Assembly (NCBI GenBank): GCA_965214705.1
Contig: OZ243972.1
Location: 2,240,001-2,304,000, forward strand
DNA from: Alphaproteobacteria bacterium
GTDB taxonomy: Bacteria; Pseudomonadota; Alphaproteobacteria; UBA828
DNA: 64,000 nt
Reading direction: 5' to 3'
Position numbers and translations under genes: made by a program. The notes beneath the pieces were generated by a model. It did no database searches. It was not told the DNA's origin and saw nothing but the letters and a program-made list of their open reading frames with translations. Positions 27,338 through 37,158 of this stretch are shown piece after piece (within the stretch, counting starts at the first letter, position 1; every line of letters begins with the position of its first letter).

Positions 27338-27799
27338 GTGCGGTTGACAGCACGGACAGTGGCCGCAGCGACGGCGGCCATCGCTGGCTGGCTGCTGGCC
27401 GGGCACATCGCCTCGGCATCGGACGATCTCGCGCAGGGCGCCGCGCTCTACGCCGAACACTGCGCCTCCTGCCACGGCAAGTACCTCGAAGGCGCGCCGG
27501 ACTGGCGCAGGCAGGGCGAGGACGGGCTCTATCCCGCGCCGCCCCATGACGCGACCGGCCACACCTGGCATCACGGCGACCAGATGCTCTTCGACTATAC
27601 GAAGCTGGGCGGCGAGGGGTTGCTGGCGTCGCGCGGGATCACCAACTTCGAAAGCGGTATGCCGGGCTTCGCCGAGATTCTCACTGACGATGAAATCCGG
27701 GATGTCCTCGCCTTCATCAAGTCCACATGGCCCGAGCCCCTGCGCAGTCACCAGGAGGACATGACGCGGCACGAAGCCGAGTTCCTACCGCGGGAATAG
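27338..27799 (+). CDS. Periplasmic monoheme cytochrome c
   Basis: Signal peptide, CASCH, APPHDATGHTWHH, GMPGF. Confidence 0.88.
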   Translation: MRLTARTVAAATAAIAGWLLAGHIASASDDLAQGAALYAEHCASCHGKYLEGAPDWRRQGEDGLYPAPPHDATGHTWHHGDQMLFDYTKLGGEGLLASRGITNFESGMPGFAEILTDDEIRDVLAFIKSTWPEPLRSHQEDMTRHEAEFLPRE

Positions 27800-27807
27800 A
27801 CGCTGAA

Positions 27808-28251
27808 ATGGCGGATCTCTCCCGGCGCCGGCGGTCGCAAGCCTCCTTCTATGCCGCGGCGCTGCTATGGCTGCCGGCGGGCGTGCTGGCGTCGGCCGTG
27901 ATCCGCTTCGGCCCAACTTCGATGGCGCCCGGCGAGGGGGCGACGGCGACGCTCATGGCCGTGCCGTCGCTGATCGTGGCCGCGGTCTGCGGCCTGCCGC
28001 TGGCATGGGCTTGCCGGCGGCTGGGGCGGCTCGATCACGCGCGCGCGGCGTGGATCGCGGGCGTGTTTCTCGGGGTCGCCACGGTGGCGGCGTCGCTCCC
28101 CGCCGGCCTGTTCGGCCCGCCGGGCATCGCCATCGTCGCCTTGGTGCTGAGCCTCCCGGTCTGGATTGCCGTGATCTGGCTCCGCCGGCGGGCGCAGGCG
28201 AATACCGACGCGGCGAGGCCACCCCTGGACGGGCCGGATCGCCACCCATAG
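27808..28251 (+). CDS. Hypothetical 4-TM membrane protein
   Basis: Four hydrophobic stretches; 8 bp after the cytochrome c stop. Confidence 0.65.
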   Translation: MADLSRRRRSQASFYAAALLWLPAGVLASAVIRFGPTSMAPGEGATATLMAVPSLIVAAVCGLPLAWACRRLGRLDHARAAWIAGVFLGVATVAASLPAGLFGPPGIAIVALVLSLPVWIAVIWLRRRAQANTDAARPPLDGPDRHP

Positions 28252-28307
28252 GCTGACCGCGCGCCACCCATTCGAGCCACCGTGGCGCGTCCAACCGTGG
28301 AGCGCCG

Positions 28308-29513
28308 ATGGAATCGCGACTGGGTGCGGCTCTGCGCCCGTACTTTCCGCTCGCTGCGGGGGTCCTGATCAACCTCTCGACCGGGATCCTTTACGCGTGG
28401 AGCGTCTTCGTGGCGCCGCTCGAAACCGAGTTGGGCGCCGACCGCGCGACGGTGAGCGGCGCGCAGTCGCTATGCCTCTTCACCGCGACGATCGGCTGCT
28501 TCGTGATGCATCGGCTGCTGCACTGGTTCACGCTCCCGCAGCTCACCCTGGTCATGGCGGCGGTGACGGCGGCCGGGTTCGCGCTCGCGGGCTTCGGCCA
28601 ATCGGTCGCGGCACTCTATATCGGCTACGGCGTGTTCTTCGGCTTTGCCGTCGGCGTTGTCTATTTCGTCGCGATGACCGCGGCGAGCATCGACGGGCCG
28701 GTGAGGCCCAGCATCGCCATGAGTATCAACATGTCGGCGGTCGCCATGGGCGGCATCGCCTGGTCACCCGGTCTTGCCATCCTGATGGCTGCGATGGGGC
28801 CAGAGGCGACCTTCGGCGTGACGGCTGCGATAAATTTCCTGGCCATTGCGATCGCGGCCGCGCTCATCATGCTCTCCCGCAAGACGCCGCCGGCGACCGG
28901 CGCAACCGGGCTCTTCCAGGACATACTGACCGACCGGCCCCGCGTGGTAATCGCGATCTTTCTGGGTTTTCTCTGTATCGCCTTCACGGCGCTCGTGGTC
29001 ATCGGTCACGCGGCGACGATGTTGGCCTCGTGGGGTGGGTCCGCAGGCGAGACCCAGTTCGCACCGATGCTGAGTAGCGCCGGCTATGTGGTCGGCGGGC
29101 TGGTCGGCGGCCTGCTCGTCGATGCGTTGACGGGCCGGCGTGTGCTCGTGGGTGTCGGTCTCGTCATGGGGGTGTTTCTGCTGGCGCTCTTCTTCGCGCC
29201 CGGCGTCGTCATGGGGCTCACCGCCATTGCCGCAGTCGGCTTGGCCTTCGGCGTGCTCGCGAGCGCCCACCCCGTGACCATCGCGGGCTATTACGGGGCG
29301 GCGGCGCTGCCGCGGGTCTTCGGCCGCATCGCCCTCGCTTACGGCCTGGGCGGCCTGCTCGGGCCGTTCTCGGCAGGGGCGATCTACGATGCCGATCAAC
29401 ACTACGGCAGCGCGGTCATTCTGATCGCCGTACTCGCGTTCCTGGGCGCGCTATTCTATGCCTGCTTGCCCCGCCGCGAGCGGCTCGGCGCATCGGCGCG
29501 GCCGGCGGCTTGA
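28308..29513 (+). CDS. MFS transporter (OFA-like)
   Basis: GILYAWSVF, LYIGYG, about 12 TM segments. Confidence 0.85.
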   Translation: MESRLGAALRPYFPLAAGVLINLSTGILYAWSVFVAPLETELGADRATVSGAQSLCLFTATIGCFVMHRLLHWFTLPQLTLVMAAVTAAGFALAGFGQSVAALYIGYGVFFGFAVGVVYFVAMTAASIDGPVRPSIAMSINMSAVAMGGIAWSPGLAILMAAMGPEATFGVTAAINFLAIAIAAALIMLSRKTPPATGATGLFQDILTDRPRVVIAIFLGFLCIAFTALVVIGHAATMLASWGGSAGETQFAPMLSSAGYVVGGLVGGLLVDALTGRRVLVGVGLVMGVFLLALFFAPGVVMGLTAIAAVGLAFGVLASAHPVTIAGYYGAAALPRVFGRIALAYGLGGLLGPFSAGAIYDADQHYGSAVILIAVLAFLGALFYACLPRRERLGASARPAA

Positions 29514-29528
29514 GGAGGAGACGGAACT

Positions 29529-30356
29529 ATGCCGCATGTCACGACGAATGACGGAATCCGCCTTCACTACGTGGAGAAGGGGAGCGGCACGCCCCTCGTC
29601 ATGATCCCCGGCTGGTCGCAGACCGCCGCGCAGTTCGAGGCTCAGATCGAGGGGCTTTCGGCGAGCCGCCGGGTCATCGCCTTCGACATGCGCGGGCACG
29701 GCGAGTCCGACAAGCCGGAGCACGGCTACAAGATTCAGCGCCTCGCCATGGACGTGCGCAACGCCATTGAGGCGCTCGGGCTGGAGCGGGTCAGCCTGCT
29801 CGGCCACTCCATGGGGTGTTCCGTGATCTGGTGCTACATCGACCTCTTCGGCGAAGCGGGGCTGGAGCGGCTGGTCCTCGTCGACCAGATGCCCGCGATC
29901 ACCGCGCGCAGCGAGTGGTCAGAGCAGGAGAAGCAGGACGCCGGCGCGATCTTCAATGGCGCGAGCCTCTACGAGACCATCGGCGCCCTCGCGGGGAAAG
30001 AAGGCGTGGCGACCACCAAGGGCTTCATCGGCGGCATGTTCACCAGCGGCTTTCCAGAGGAGCAGGTGGCGTGGGTCATCGAGCAGAACCGCAAGATGCC
30101 GCGCCGCCACGCGGCCACGCTGCTTCTCAATCACGCGACGCAGGATTGGCGCGACCTGATCCCCCGCATCACGCTGCCTGCGCTTATCGTCGGCGGCCGT
30201 GTCAGCCTGATCGACTGGCGTTCGCAGGAATGGATGCACCGCCAGATCGCCGGCTCGCAGCTCGAAATATTCGAGGAGGCCGATGGCGGCAATCACTTCA
30301 TGTTCATGGAGAACCCGGAGCGCTTCAATCGCGTGGTGGATGCGTTCCTCCGCTGA
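29529..30356 (+). CDS. Alpha/beta hydrolase (non-heme haloperoxidase-like)
   Basis: DMRGHGES, GHSMG nucleophile elbow, GNHF His; GAGGAGGAG RBS. Confidence 0.9.
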   Translation: MPHVTTNDGIRLHYVEKGSGTPLVMIPGWSQTAAQFEAQIEGLSASRRVIAFDMRGHGESDKPEHGYKIQRLAMDVRNAIEALGLERVSLLGHSMGCSVIWCYIDLFGEAGLERLVLVDQMPAITARSEWSEQEKQDAGAIFNGASLYETIGALAGKEGVATTKGFIGGMFTSGFPEEQVAWVIEQNRKMPRRHAATLLLNHATQDWRDLIPRITLPALIVGGRVSLIDWRSQEWMHRQIAGSQLEIFEEADGGNHFMFMENPERFNRVVDAFLR

Positions 30357-30371
30357 CCTTTAGCCTCCGCG

Positions 30372-32126
30372 CTACGCCCTCGCCTCCACGCGGATCGTGA
30401 CGATGTCCGTGTCGTGATACTGCTGGTGGTGGACGGAAGACGCGAGGTGGCGCAGCAGCCGTAGCGACACCTCCCGCTCCGGCGCATCCTCGGACGCCTC
30501 GCCCATGAGCGCGATGCGGTCCTCCAGGTTCTCTTCGCCAGGGGCGGCAATGAATTCCAGTACCGCGGCGCCGCCCTCCTTGTGGGCGGTGAGCAGCAGG
30601 CGGCGCTTCCGGTGCGGTGCGCCTTCCGCCTCTTCCTCTTCGTCGTGCCGCAGCAGCGTCAGAATCGCCTCCTCAGCGGCTGCGTCGAGACGGTGCGCCA
30701 TCGCTTCGCCCCAGCCGCTGCGTGACGCGAAGGATTGGAGGAACTCCCTGATCTTCGGCAGCGAGGCGACCTCGAACGGCGCCTGGATGCGACGCCGGCG
30801 GGGTGCCGCCAGCTCCACGAAGAGCGTGAGGAGGATCGCCGTCATCCCGCCGGCCGTCATGCCGTTCTCCAAGAGCCCGCCGGCGATGCCCGAGACATGC
30901 TCTGGAAAGATCACGCCGTTCTGGAAGCCGACCCCGATCCAGAAGGACACCCCTGCGATCAGGCCCTTGCGGTAGTCCACCCCGTCCTGGATGACGATCC
31001 GCATGCCGACCACGAAGAGCAGCCCCAGAAGAACCGTGATGTAAGCCGCCGCAACCGGCCCCGGTATTGCCAGCACAACGGCGAGTGCCTTTGGAATGAA
31101 CGCCACCACGACGAACGCGATCCCGAGTGCGACGCCCACGCTGCGGGCGCCCACGCCGGTGAGCGCGGTCACGGATATGCTTGTGGAATAGGTCGTGTTG
31201 GGCACGGTCCCCATCAGGCCGGAGAGTAGGTTGCCCACGCCGTCCGCGCCTACCGCTCCTTGCACCGCCCGAAAATTCACCGCGCGCGGCTTGCGCCAGG
31301 AGACGCGCTGGATGGCGATACCGTCGCCCACCGTTTCGACGGCGCCGACCAGGGTCACGAAGACGAAGGCCGGGAGCAGCCCCCAGAAGACCGGCCCAAA
31401 TTCGATATCGAAGCCTGGCCATCCGCCCGATGGCACACCCACCCACGATGCTGCTGCGATGCCGGCGACGTCGTAGAAGCCGAAGTACCCGGCAACCCCG
31501 CAGCCGGCGACGATGCCGATGACCGGCGCCCAGAGTCTGAGCGCGCCCGTGGCTTTCAGCGAGATACCGCACAGGACGAGCACGGTCACAAGCGCCGCGA
31601 GCGGCGCGCCGAGCTCCGATGTGCCCTCCGGAACCTGACCCAACATGCCGAAGACGATCGGCATCACCGTGACCGGGATCAGCATGATGACGGTGCCCGA
31701 GACGGTCGGCGTCAGAATCCGCCGGAGCAGCGAGAGCCGCCACGCGAGCAGGAATTGGAACAGGGCGGAGATCACCACCAGCGTCGCCAGCATCGCCGGG
31801 CCGCCCTGGGCAATCGCGCCGACGCAGATCGCGATGAAGGCCCCGGAGGTGCCCATGACGAGCACGTAACCGGCACCGATTCGCCCGACGCGGACCGCCT
31901 GCAGCACCGAGGTGATGCCGCTGATCAGGACGGCGCCGAAGACTGCCCACGTCAGATAGGATTCCGCCCCGCCGGCGGCGCGGACCACGATCGCAGGCGT
32001 CAGTGCGACGCCAGCGATGCAAAGGACGGCGAGCTGCAGGCCGAGGCCGCAGCTGAGCGCAATGGGCGGTCGTTCGTCGGGCTCGTAGCGAACGCCGCCG
32101 GGCCGCTCGGAGCCGCCTGTCGTCAT
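30372..32126 (-). CDS. NCS2 (xanthine/uracil permease) family transporter with a C-terminal RsbW-like domain
   Basis: YEPDERPP, GLQ, ETVGD, ADGVGN, PNTTYS, AIPGPV; about 140-aa soluble tail. Confidence 0.85.
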   Translation of the reverse strand: MTTGGSERPGGVRYEPDERPPIALSCGLGLQLAVLCIAGVALTPAIVVRAAGGAESYLTWAVFGAVLISGITSVLQAVRVGRIGAGYVLVMGTSGAFIAICVGAIAQGGPAMLATLVVISALFQFLLAWRLSLLRRILTPTVSGTVIMLIPVTVMPIVFGMLGQVPEGTSELGAPLAALVTVLVLCGISLKATGALRLWAPVIGIVAGCGVAGYFGFYDVAGIAAASWVGVPSGGWPGFDIEFGPVFWGLLPAFVFVTLVGAVETVGDGIAIQRVSWRKPRAVNFRAVQGAVGADGVGNLLSGLMGTVPNTTYSTSISVTALTGVGARSVGVALGIAFVVVAFIPKALAVVLAIPGPVAAAYITVLLGLLFVVGMRIVIQDGVDYRKGLIAGVSFWIGVGFQNGVIFPEHVSGIAGGLLENGMTAGGMTAILLTLFVELAAPRRRRIQAPFEVASLPKIREFLQSFASRSGWGEAMAHRLDAAAEEAILTLLRHDEEEEAEGAPHRKRRLLLTAHKEGGAAVLEFIAAPGEENLEDRIALMGEASEDAPEREVSLRLLRHLASSVHHQQYHDTDIVTIRVEARA

Positions 32127-32222
32127 TCCGCACCCTCCCTGTCCAGAGCGCGGGCGGCACTGTGGCACATGATCGTGCTGTAACGAAGCGGCATACGGCG
32201 GCCGGAAGCGCGATCGCCGGGG

Positions 32223-33125
32223 TTACACGTCGTATTCGAGCCCGATGTCACGGTAGCGCTCAGGGTCCTCAAGCCAGCGCTGGCGCACCTTGACGAAGAG
32301 CTTGAGGTCGATCGGGCGACCGAGAATATCGGAAAGCTCGGCGCGCGCCGCCGTGCCGATCGCCCTGATCCGCCGCCCACCCTTGCCGAGGACGATGCCT
32401 TTGTGCGTCTCCCGCTGCACGTAGATCACCTGCTCGACCCGTGCGCCTCCGTTGCGGGCACTGGTCCAGCCTTCGGTCTCGACCGCGACGGCATAGGGCA
32501 ACTCCTGGCGCAGCTGCAGGAAGAGCTGCTCGCGCGTGATCTCCGCCGCCAGCAGGCGCTCCGATATGTCGGTGAGCTGGTCTTCCGGGTAGAGCCAGGG
32601 GCCCGGCGGCATCCGCGCCTTGAGCACATCCAGCAGGTCGTCGACCCCGTCGCCGTCGAGCGCCGAGACCATGAAGATATCGGCCGCGAGCCCGGTTTCC
32701 TCGACCCCCGCTGCGAGTGGCAGCAAGGCGTGGCGCGGCACCAGGTCGATCTTGTTGAGCGCCACCAGGGTCTTGCGCCCGGTCTCCTTGAGCCGGTCGA
32801 TGATGGCCCTGGTCTCGCCCGTCAACCCACGCCGTGCATCCACCAGCAGCAAGATGGCGTCGGCGTCGTGCGCGCCGCTCCAGGCGGCGTGGACCATTGC
32901 GCGCTCGAAACGGTGCCGGGCGGCGAAGATACCGGGCGTGTCGACGAAGACGAGCTGGACGTCGTCGATCACGCGGATGCCGCGCAGTCTGCTCCGCGTG
33001 GTCTGCACCTTGGGCGAGACGATGGCGACCTTGGCGCCCACCAGCCGGTTGACCAGGGTCGACTTGCCGACATTGGGCGCCCCCAGCACGGCGACGAAGC
33101 CCGCGCGGGTGCCGCCCTCAGCCAT
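32223..33125 (-). CDS. era: GTPase Era
   Basis: GAPNVGKS, QTTR, DTPG, NKID, KH domain (LGKGG). Confidence 0.97.
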   Translation of the reverse strand: MAEGGTRAGFVAVLGAPNVGKSTLVNRLVGAKVAIVSPKVQTTRSRLRGIRVIDDVQLVFVDTPGIFAARHRFERAMVHAAWSGAHDADAILLLVDARRGLTGETRAIIDRLKETGRKTLVALNKIDLVPRHALLPLAAGVEETGLAADIFMVSALDGDGVDDLLDVLKARMPPGPWLYPEDQLTDISERLLAAEITREQLFLQLRQELPYAVAVETEGWTSARNGGARVEQVIYVQRETHKGIVLGKGGRRIRAIGTAARAELSDILGRPIDLKLFVKVRQRWLEDPERYRDIGLEYDV

Positions 33126-33819
33126 CGCCGTCGCTCTCGCTATCGGCGATGCGCGCGAGTAACGCGCCGGCGGCGCATTGCTCGGCTGCGCGCTTGGTGG
33201 CGCCGGTGGCGACCGTCTTGCCGAGCCTGGCGACCTCCGCCTCGACCTCGAAAAGCGGGGCGTGGGCGGGGCCGGTGGAGGACAGCGTGCGGTAGACAGG
33301 CAGCCCGAGCGCCCGCGATTGCGTCCACTCCTGAAGCCGGGTCTTGGGATCGCGCGGCGGTTCGGGATCGGCGTTCATCGCCGGCGCCCAGTGGCGGCGA
33401 ATGAAGCGCTCGGCGGCTTGGAGACCGCCGTCGATATAGAGGGCGCCGATGATCGCCTCGCAGGCATCCGCCAGATTGGCCGGATTGTCGCGTCCGCCGC
33501 CGGTGCCCTCGCTGCGGCTCAGTGTGAGCCGGTCGCCGAGCGCGAGGCTGCGGGCCACGCCCTCCAGCGCCTCGCGACGAACCAGAGCCGAATAGCGTTG
33601 CGAGAGGGCGCCCTCGGCCTCGTGCGGGAACGCCTCGTAGAGCATCGCCGCCACGACCATGCCGAGCACGCGATCGCCCAGGAATTCGAGGCGCTGGTTG
33701 CTGCCCGCCTGCGTGCCGGCGCTCGGATGGCGGAGCGCTAGAGCGAGCAGCGCCGGTCGCGCGAAGCGGTGGCCGAGAGCCTCTTCGAGCGAGCCGGCCG
33801 CTGCGGCGTCTTCTGCCAC
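33118..33819 (-). CDS. rnc: Ribonuclease III
   Basis: NQRLEFLGD, DACEAIIGA, dsRBD (DPKTRLQE); GTG start with GGAG RBS. Confidence 0.95.
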   Translation of the reverse strand: MAEDAAAAGSLEEALGHRFARPALLALALRHPSAGTQAGSNQRLEFLGDRVLGMVVAAMLYEAFPHEAEGALSQRYSALVRREALEGVARSLALGDRLTLSRSEGTGGGRDNPANLADACEAIIGALYIDGGLQAAERFIRRHWAPAMNADPEPPRDPKTRLQEWTQSRALGLPVYRTLSSTGPAHAPLFEVEAEVARLGKTVATGATKRAAEQCAAGALLARIADSESDGDG

Positions 33820-33854
33820 CGGCTCCGGCGGCGGCTCAGTTGCGCCTCTGGGCG

Positions 33855-34622
33855 CTAGTCGATCGCCTTGAATACTCGCTCGCCGCGTGTCGCGCTCGGC
33901 CAGTTCCAGACCTCCCCGATGCTGGTTCCATCTTCCAGCGAGTGGAAGATGAACTCGGCCCGGCCCACGAGGTTTTCGGACGGGATGAACCCGACCGAGG
34001 GTACACGGCTGTCGAGCGAGTTGTCCCGGTTGTCGCCCATGGCGAAGTAATGGTCGGCGGGCACGGTGTAGATCTGCGTGTTGTCGAGGCCGCCGGTGGG
34101 CGTCGCGTCGAGGGTCATGTAGCTCACGCCGTTCGGCAGCGTCTCGCGATACTGGCGCAGGACCCGCTCCCGGCCGTAGCGGTCCGTGTAGCTGTAGTCG
34201 TCCACGCGTTCGCGCTTCACCGGCGTCCCGTTGATGTGGAGCACGCCCTTGAGCACCTGGATGCGGTCTCCCGGCAGCCCGATGATGCGCTTGATGTAGT
34301 CGGTCTCGTTGTCGCGGGGCAGCTTGAAGACCGCGACGTCGCCCCGATCGGGTGGGCTGTCGATGATGCGGCCGTCGAAGATATCGACGCCCCACGGCAG
34401 GGAGTACGTGCTGTAGCCGTAGGCGTACTTCGACACGAACAGGTAGTCGCCCACGAGCAGGGTCGGGATCATCGAGCCCGATGGGATGTTGAAGGGCTCG
34501 ATGGCGACGGTGCGGACGATCAGCGCAGCCAGCACCGCGTAGATCAGGGTCCGGATCGTGTCCCAGAAGCCGCTGAATCTGCGCTTGGCTGAGCCCTTGT
34601 CTTGAGATTTGGCGCGCGCCAT
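33855..34622 (-). CDS. lepB: Signal peptidase I
   Basis: IPSGSM, YIKR, GDNRDNSLDSR. Confidence 0.97.
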   Translation of the reverse strand: MARAKSQDKGSAKRRFSGFWDTIRTLIYAVLAALIVRTVAIEPFNIPSGSMIPTLLVGDYLFVSKYAYGYSTYSLPWGVDIFDGRIIDSPPDRGDVAVFKLPRDNETDYIKRIIGLPGDRIQVLKGVLHINGTPVKRERVDDYSYTDRYGRERVLRQYRETLPNGVSYMTLDATPTGGLDNTQIYTVPADHYFAMGDNRDNSLDSRVPSVGFIPSENLVGRAEFIFHSLEDGTSIGEVWNWPSATRGERVFKAID

Positions 34623-34681
34623 GTGCGGTCGGTTCGGTTCCAGCTGTTCGCGGCCCGGGCCGCCCGCTGCCCTCGTTGCCG

Positions 34682-35086
34682 TCAGTCGGTTGCAGGGATT
34701 GCAGTAATCACCACGATGGCCTGGGCGATGGGTGGCTCATCGGTCATGGTCACGTCGATCCGGCACCTCATGCCCGAAGGCGTGAGCGATTGCAAGCGCC
34801 TGAGCGCGCCGCCGCTGAGCTCGATGGTCGGCTGGCCGCTGGGCAGGTTGACCACCGCCATGTCGCGCCAGAAGACACCTTGGCGGAGCCCGGTGCCGAG
34901 CGCCTTCGCGCAGGCCTCCTTGGCGGCGAAGCGACGGGCGTAGGTTTCCTCCGGCCTCAGCCGGCGCTCGGCACGTGCGCGTTCGACTGCGGTGAAGACA
35001 CGGTGGGTGAAGCGTGCACCGAAGCGGTCGAGCGTGCCCGCGATCCGCCTAATGTCGACGATGTCGGCGCCGAGGCCGACGATCAT
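34682..35086 (-). CDS. acpS: Holo-ACP synthase
   Basis: GLGADIV, RFAAKEA; alternative GTG start at 35119. Confidence 0.95.
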   Translation of the reverse strand: MIVGLGADIVDIRRIAGTLDRFGARFTHRVFTAVERARAERRLRPEETYARRFAAKEACAKALGTGLRQGVFWRDMAVVNLPSGQPTIELSGGALRRLQSLTPSGMRCRIDVTMTDEPPIAQAIVVITAIPATD

Positions 35087-35132
35087 AGGCCAGGCCGGTG
35101 GCTCGGCAACGGCGCTCACCGCACGCGCCCCA

Positions 35133-35891
35133 TCAGCGGCCGCGGTCCACCAGCACCTGGTCGAGATGGGTCACGTTCGCGGCGGCCGGCTGGGCGTCGC
35201 CCTGGGCGGGCTCAGGGGCTGCATCGGGGATGGTGATTTCGTCATCCGCCTGCCGTGTGGGGTCCAGTTTGGCGCGGCGCTCCTCGTCGAGTATGCGCCT
35301 GCGCCGCAGGCGCCTGGTTTGGCGGTGGTGCTGGTAGTTGCCCACCACCCGCCGGATCGGGAAGAAGAACAAAACCCACACGACCACCGCCGTCGGCAGG
35401 CCGCCCACCAGCATGGGCAGCAGCACCGTACCCGGCTCCTCGAAAATGGTGCCGATCGTCATATCGGCGGGCAGCTCCTGGCCGCGCTCGTAGCCGAGAA
35501 TCCAGGTTCCGAGCCAAATGATCCCCGCCCAGATGAACGGGAATGTCCACGGATTGCCGACCGCGGTGCCGATCGCCGACGCGATGACGTTGCCGCGCAG
35601 CGCCCAGGCGAGTACGGCGGCGAGAATGAAGTGGAACCCGATCAAGGGCGTGAACGAAACCGCCGCTCCGCACGCGAAGCCGCAGGCGATGGCGTAGGGC
35701 GAGCCTTGCAGGCGTTTAAGCTTGAAGGTCCAGTATCGAAGAACCCGGCCCCAGTTCATGTTGGGCCACACGAACCGCCGCACGCGGGCCCATCGGCTCA
35801 GCTTCTTGCGTCGGCGAAACAGGCTCAAGGCGGCCCTCGCCTCAGCCCGCGCTCCGCTGGACTCTCCGCCCCAGCCAAGCGCGCGACGCAC
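35133..35891 (-). CDS. DUF2062 membrane protein
   Basis: [19 protein letters not shown]; usual position upstream of acpS; start uncertain. Confidence 0.8.
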   Translation of the reverse strand: MRRALGWGGESSGARAEARAALSLFRRRKKLSRWARVRRFVWPNMNWGRVLRYWTFKLKRLQGSPYAIACGFACGAAVSFTPLIGFHFILAAVLAWALRGNVIASAIGTAVGNPWTFPFIWAGIIWLGTWILGYERGQELPADMTIGTIFEEPGTVLLPMLVGGLPTAVVVWVLFFFPIRRVVGNYQHHRQTRRLRRRRILDEERRAKLDPTRQADDEITIPDAAPEPAQGDAQPAAANVTHLDQVLVDRGR

Positions 35892-36065
35892 GACCGGAAG
35901 CTACCGCCCATGTCATCGCCATCCTCCCAACTGCGGGTCCACCCTTCTTATTTTTCCTCCCTAATCCGAGACTTAGCCCATGTTCGGGCGGTCGTGCAAG
36001 GCTTGGCGCACCTGCGCGCCCGATCCCCGAACGGGTCTCCGTGCCTATATCTAGCCAAGTCCGCC

Positions 36066-36093
36066 TTGCATTTTGTATGGGGTACTGTATATT
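36066..36093 (+). promoter_or_regulatory. Putative sigma70 promoter of gcrA
   Basis: TTGCAT, 16 bp, TATATT in an AT-rich intergenic region. Confidence 0.45.
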
Positions 36094-36161
36094 GGGAGTT
36101 TAGGGCACAGCGCGACAATATTTGGACCGGTGCAAGCCCGGCACCGCACGGAGGGACGGTT

Positions 36162-36623
36162 ATGACAGCCTGGACGCCGGAGCGGGTCGCCACCGTGACC
36201 CGGCTGTGGAACGAAGGACTCACGACCGCCGAGATCGGGCGTGCGGTCGGCATGTCAAAGAATGCCGTCGTCGGCAAGGCACATCGCCTGCAGCTGCCGC
36301 CGCGCCCGTCGCCGATCCGGCGCGGAAAGAGTTATTCGCGCACACCGAAGGCCAAGAACGGCGTGAACGGTGCAAACGGTGTGCATGGCACGAACGGGCG
36401 CAAGTCGGCAACGGCGCAGTCCGGGATCGTGGTGCCGGCAAGATCGCGAGCGCCGGAGCCGCCTCTCGCCGTGGGCAGCTCGGCGTGCAAATGGCCGATC
36501 GGCCATCCGGACGAGCCCAGCTTCCACTTCTGTGGCGAGCTTGCGCTACTCGGCAAGCCCTACTGCCTGGAGCACTACCGCAGGGCTTACGTGGCCGTCA
36601 GGTCCCGCTCCGACGCGGCCTGA
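36162..36623 (+). CDS. gcrA: GcrA cell-cycle regulator
   Basis: WTPER..LW.EG, SKNAVVGKAHRL, CKWPIGHP..FHFCG..PYC..H. Confidence 0.92.
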   Translation: MTAWTPERVATVTRLWNEGLTTAEIGRAVGMSKNAVVGKAHRLQLPPRPSPIRRGKSYSRTPKAKNGVNGANGVHGTNGRKSATAQSGIVVPARSRAPEPPLAVGSSACKWPIGHPDEPSFHFCGELALLGKPYCLEHYRRAYVAVRSRSDAA

Positions 36624-36630
36624 TCCATCC

Positions 36631-36651
36631 CCGGCGGGGCCTCGCCGCCGG
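36631..36651. terminator. GC-rich hairpin between convergent gcrA and DUF962 genes
   Basis: CCGGCGG-N7-CCGCCGG; no U tract. Confidence 0.4.
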
Positions 36652-36656
36652 CGTCG

Positions 36657-37010
36657 CTACGATGCCGGCTGGTCGGGCTTGGACGAGGCGGACAGCCGCT
36701 CGACTTCGGCATCCATGCGGCCCTGCCACATCAGCGCCCACATGTGAAAGTCGCCGGCCAGGCTGAACAGCGGATAGGTGAACGTCGCCGGCCTGTTGCG
36801 CTCGATCAACAGGTGGCTGAGCCAGGCAAAGAAGTAGCCGCAGACAAGCGCGGCAATTAGCAACAGGGGCTCTCCCAAGACGCCGGCGATGACGACCAGG
36901 GCAACGGAGCCCGTGGTGCCGATGAAGTGCATCCGGCGGGTTCCGGGCCGGCTGTGCTCGGACACATAGTAGGGCCAGAAGGCTCGATACCGACGGAACC
37001 GCTTGCTCAT
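36657..37010 (-). CDS. DUF962 (Mpo1-like) membrane protein
   Basis: FWPYYVSEH, HFIGT, AWLSH..IERNRPATFTYP. Confidence 0.88.
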   Translation of the reverse strand: MSKRFRRYRAFWPYYVSEHSRPGTRRMHFIGTTGSVALVVIAGVLGEPLLLIAALVCGYFFAWLSHLLIERNRPATFTYPLFSLAGDFHMWALMWQGRMDAEVERLSASSKPDQPAS

Positions 37011-37158
37011 CGTCGCTACCCCCGATCTCGCTCACGCCCGCAACGCCGCCATCATGTCGCCCACTTCGTTGCGTTTTTGGGCTATGCTTGTGATTCTACA
37101 CCATCGTTCTCGACCCACGATCACGCGTTGAACCCGCACGGTTAGGGAGACCACGCCC

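Noticed and set aside
33820-34395. Extended RNase III N-terminus; likewise extended hpnA (to 61952) and cytidylyltransferase (from 61418)
   Set aside because: They overlap lepB or the CDP-alcohol transferase; family N-termini begin at the shorter starts.
34992-36161. 543-aa ORF suggesting a GcrA fusion
   Set aside because: The upstream part is antisense to DUF2062/acpS; GcrA starts at 36162 after a GGAGGG RBS.
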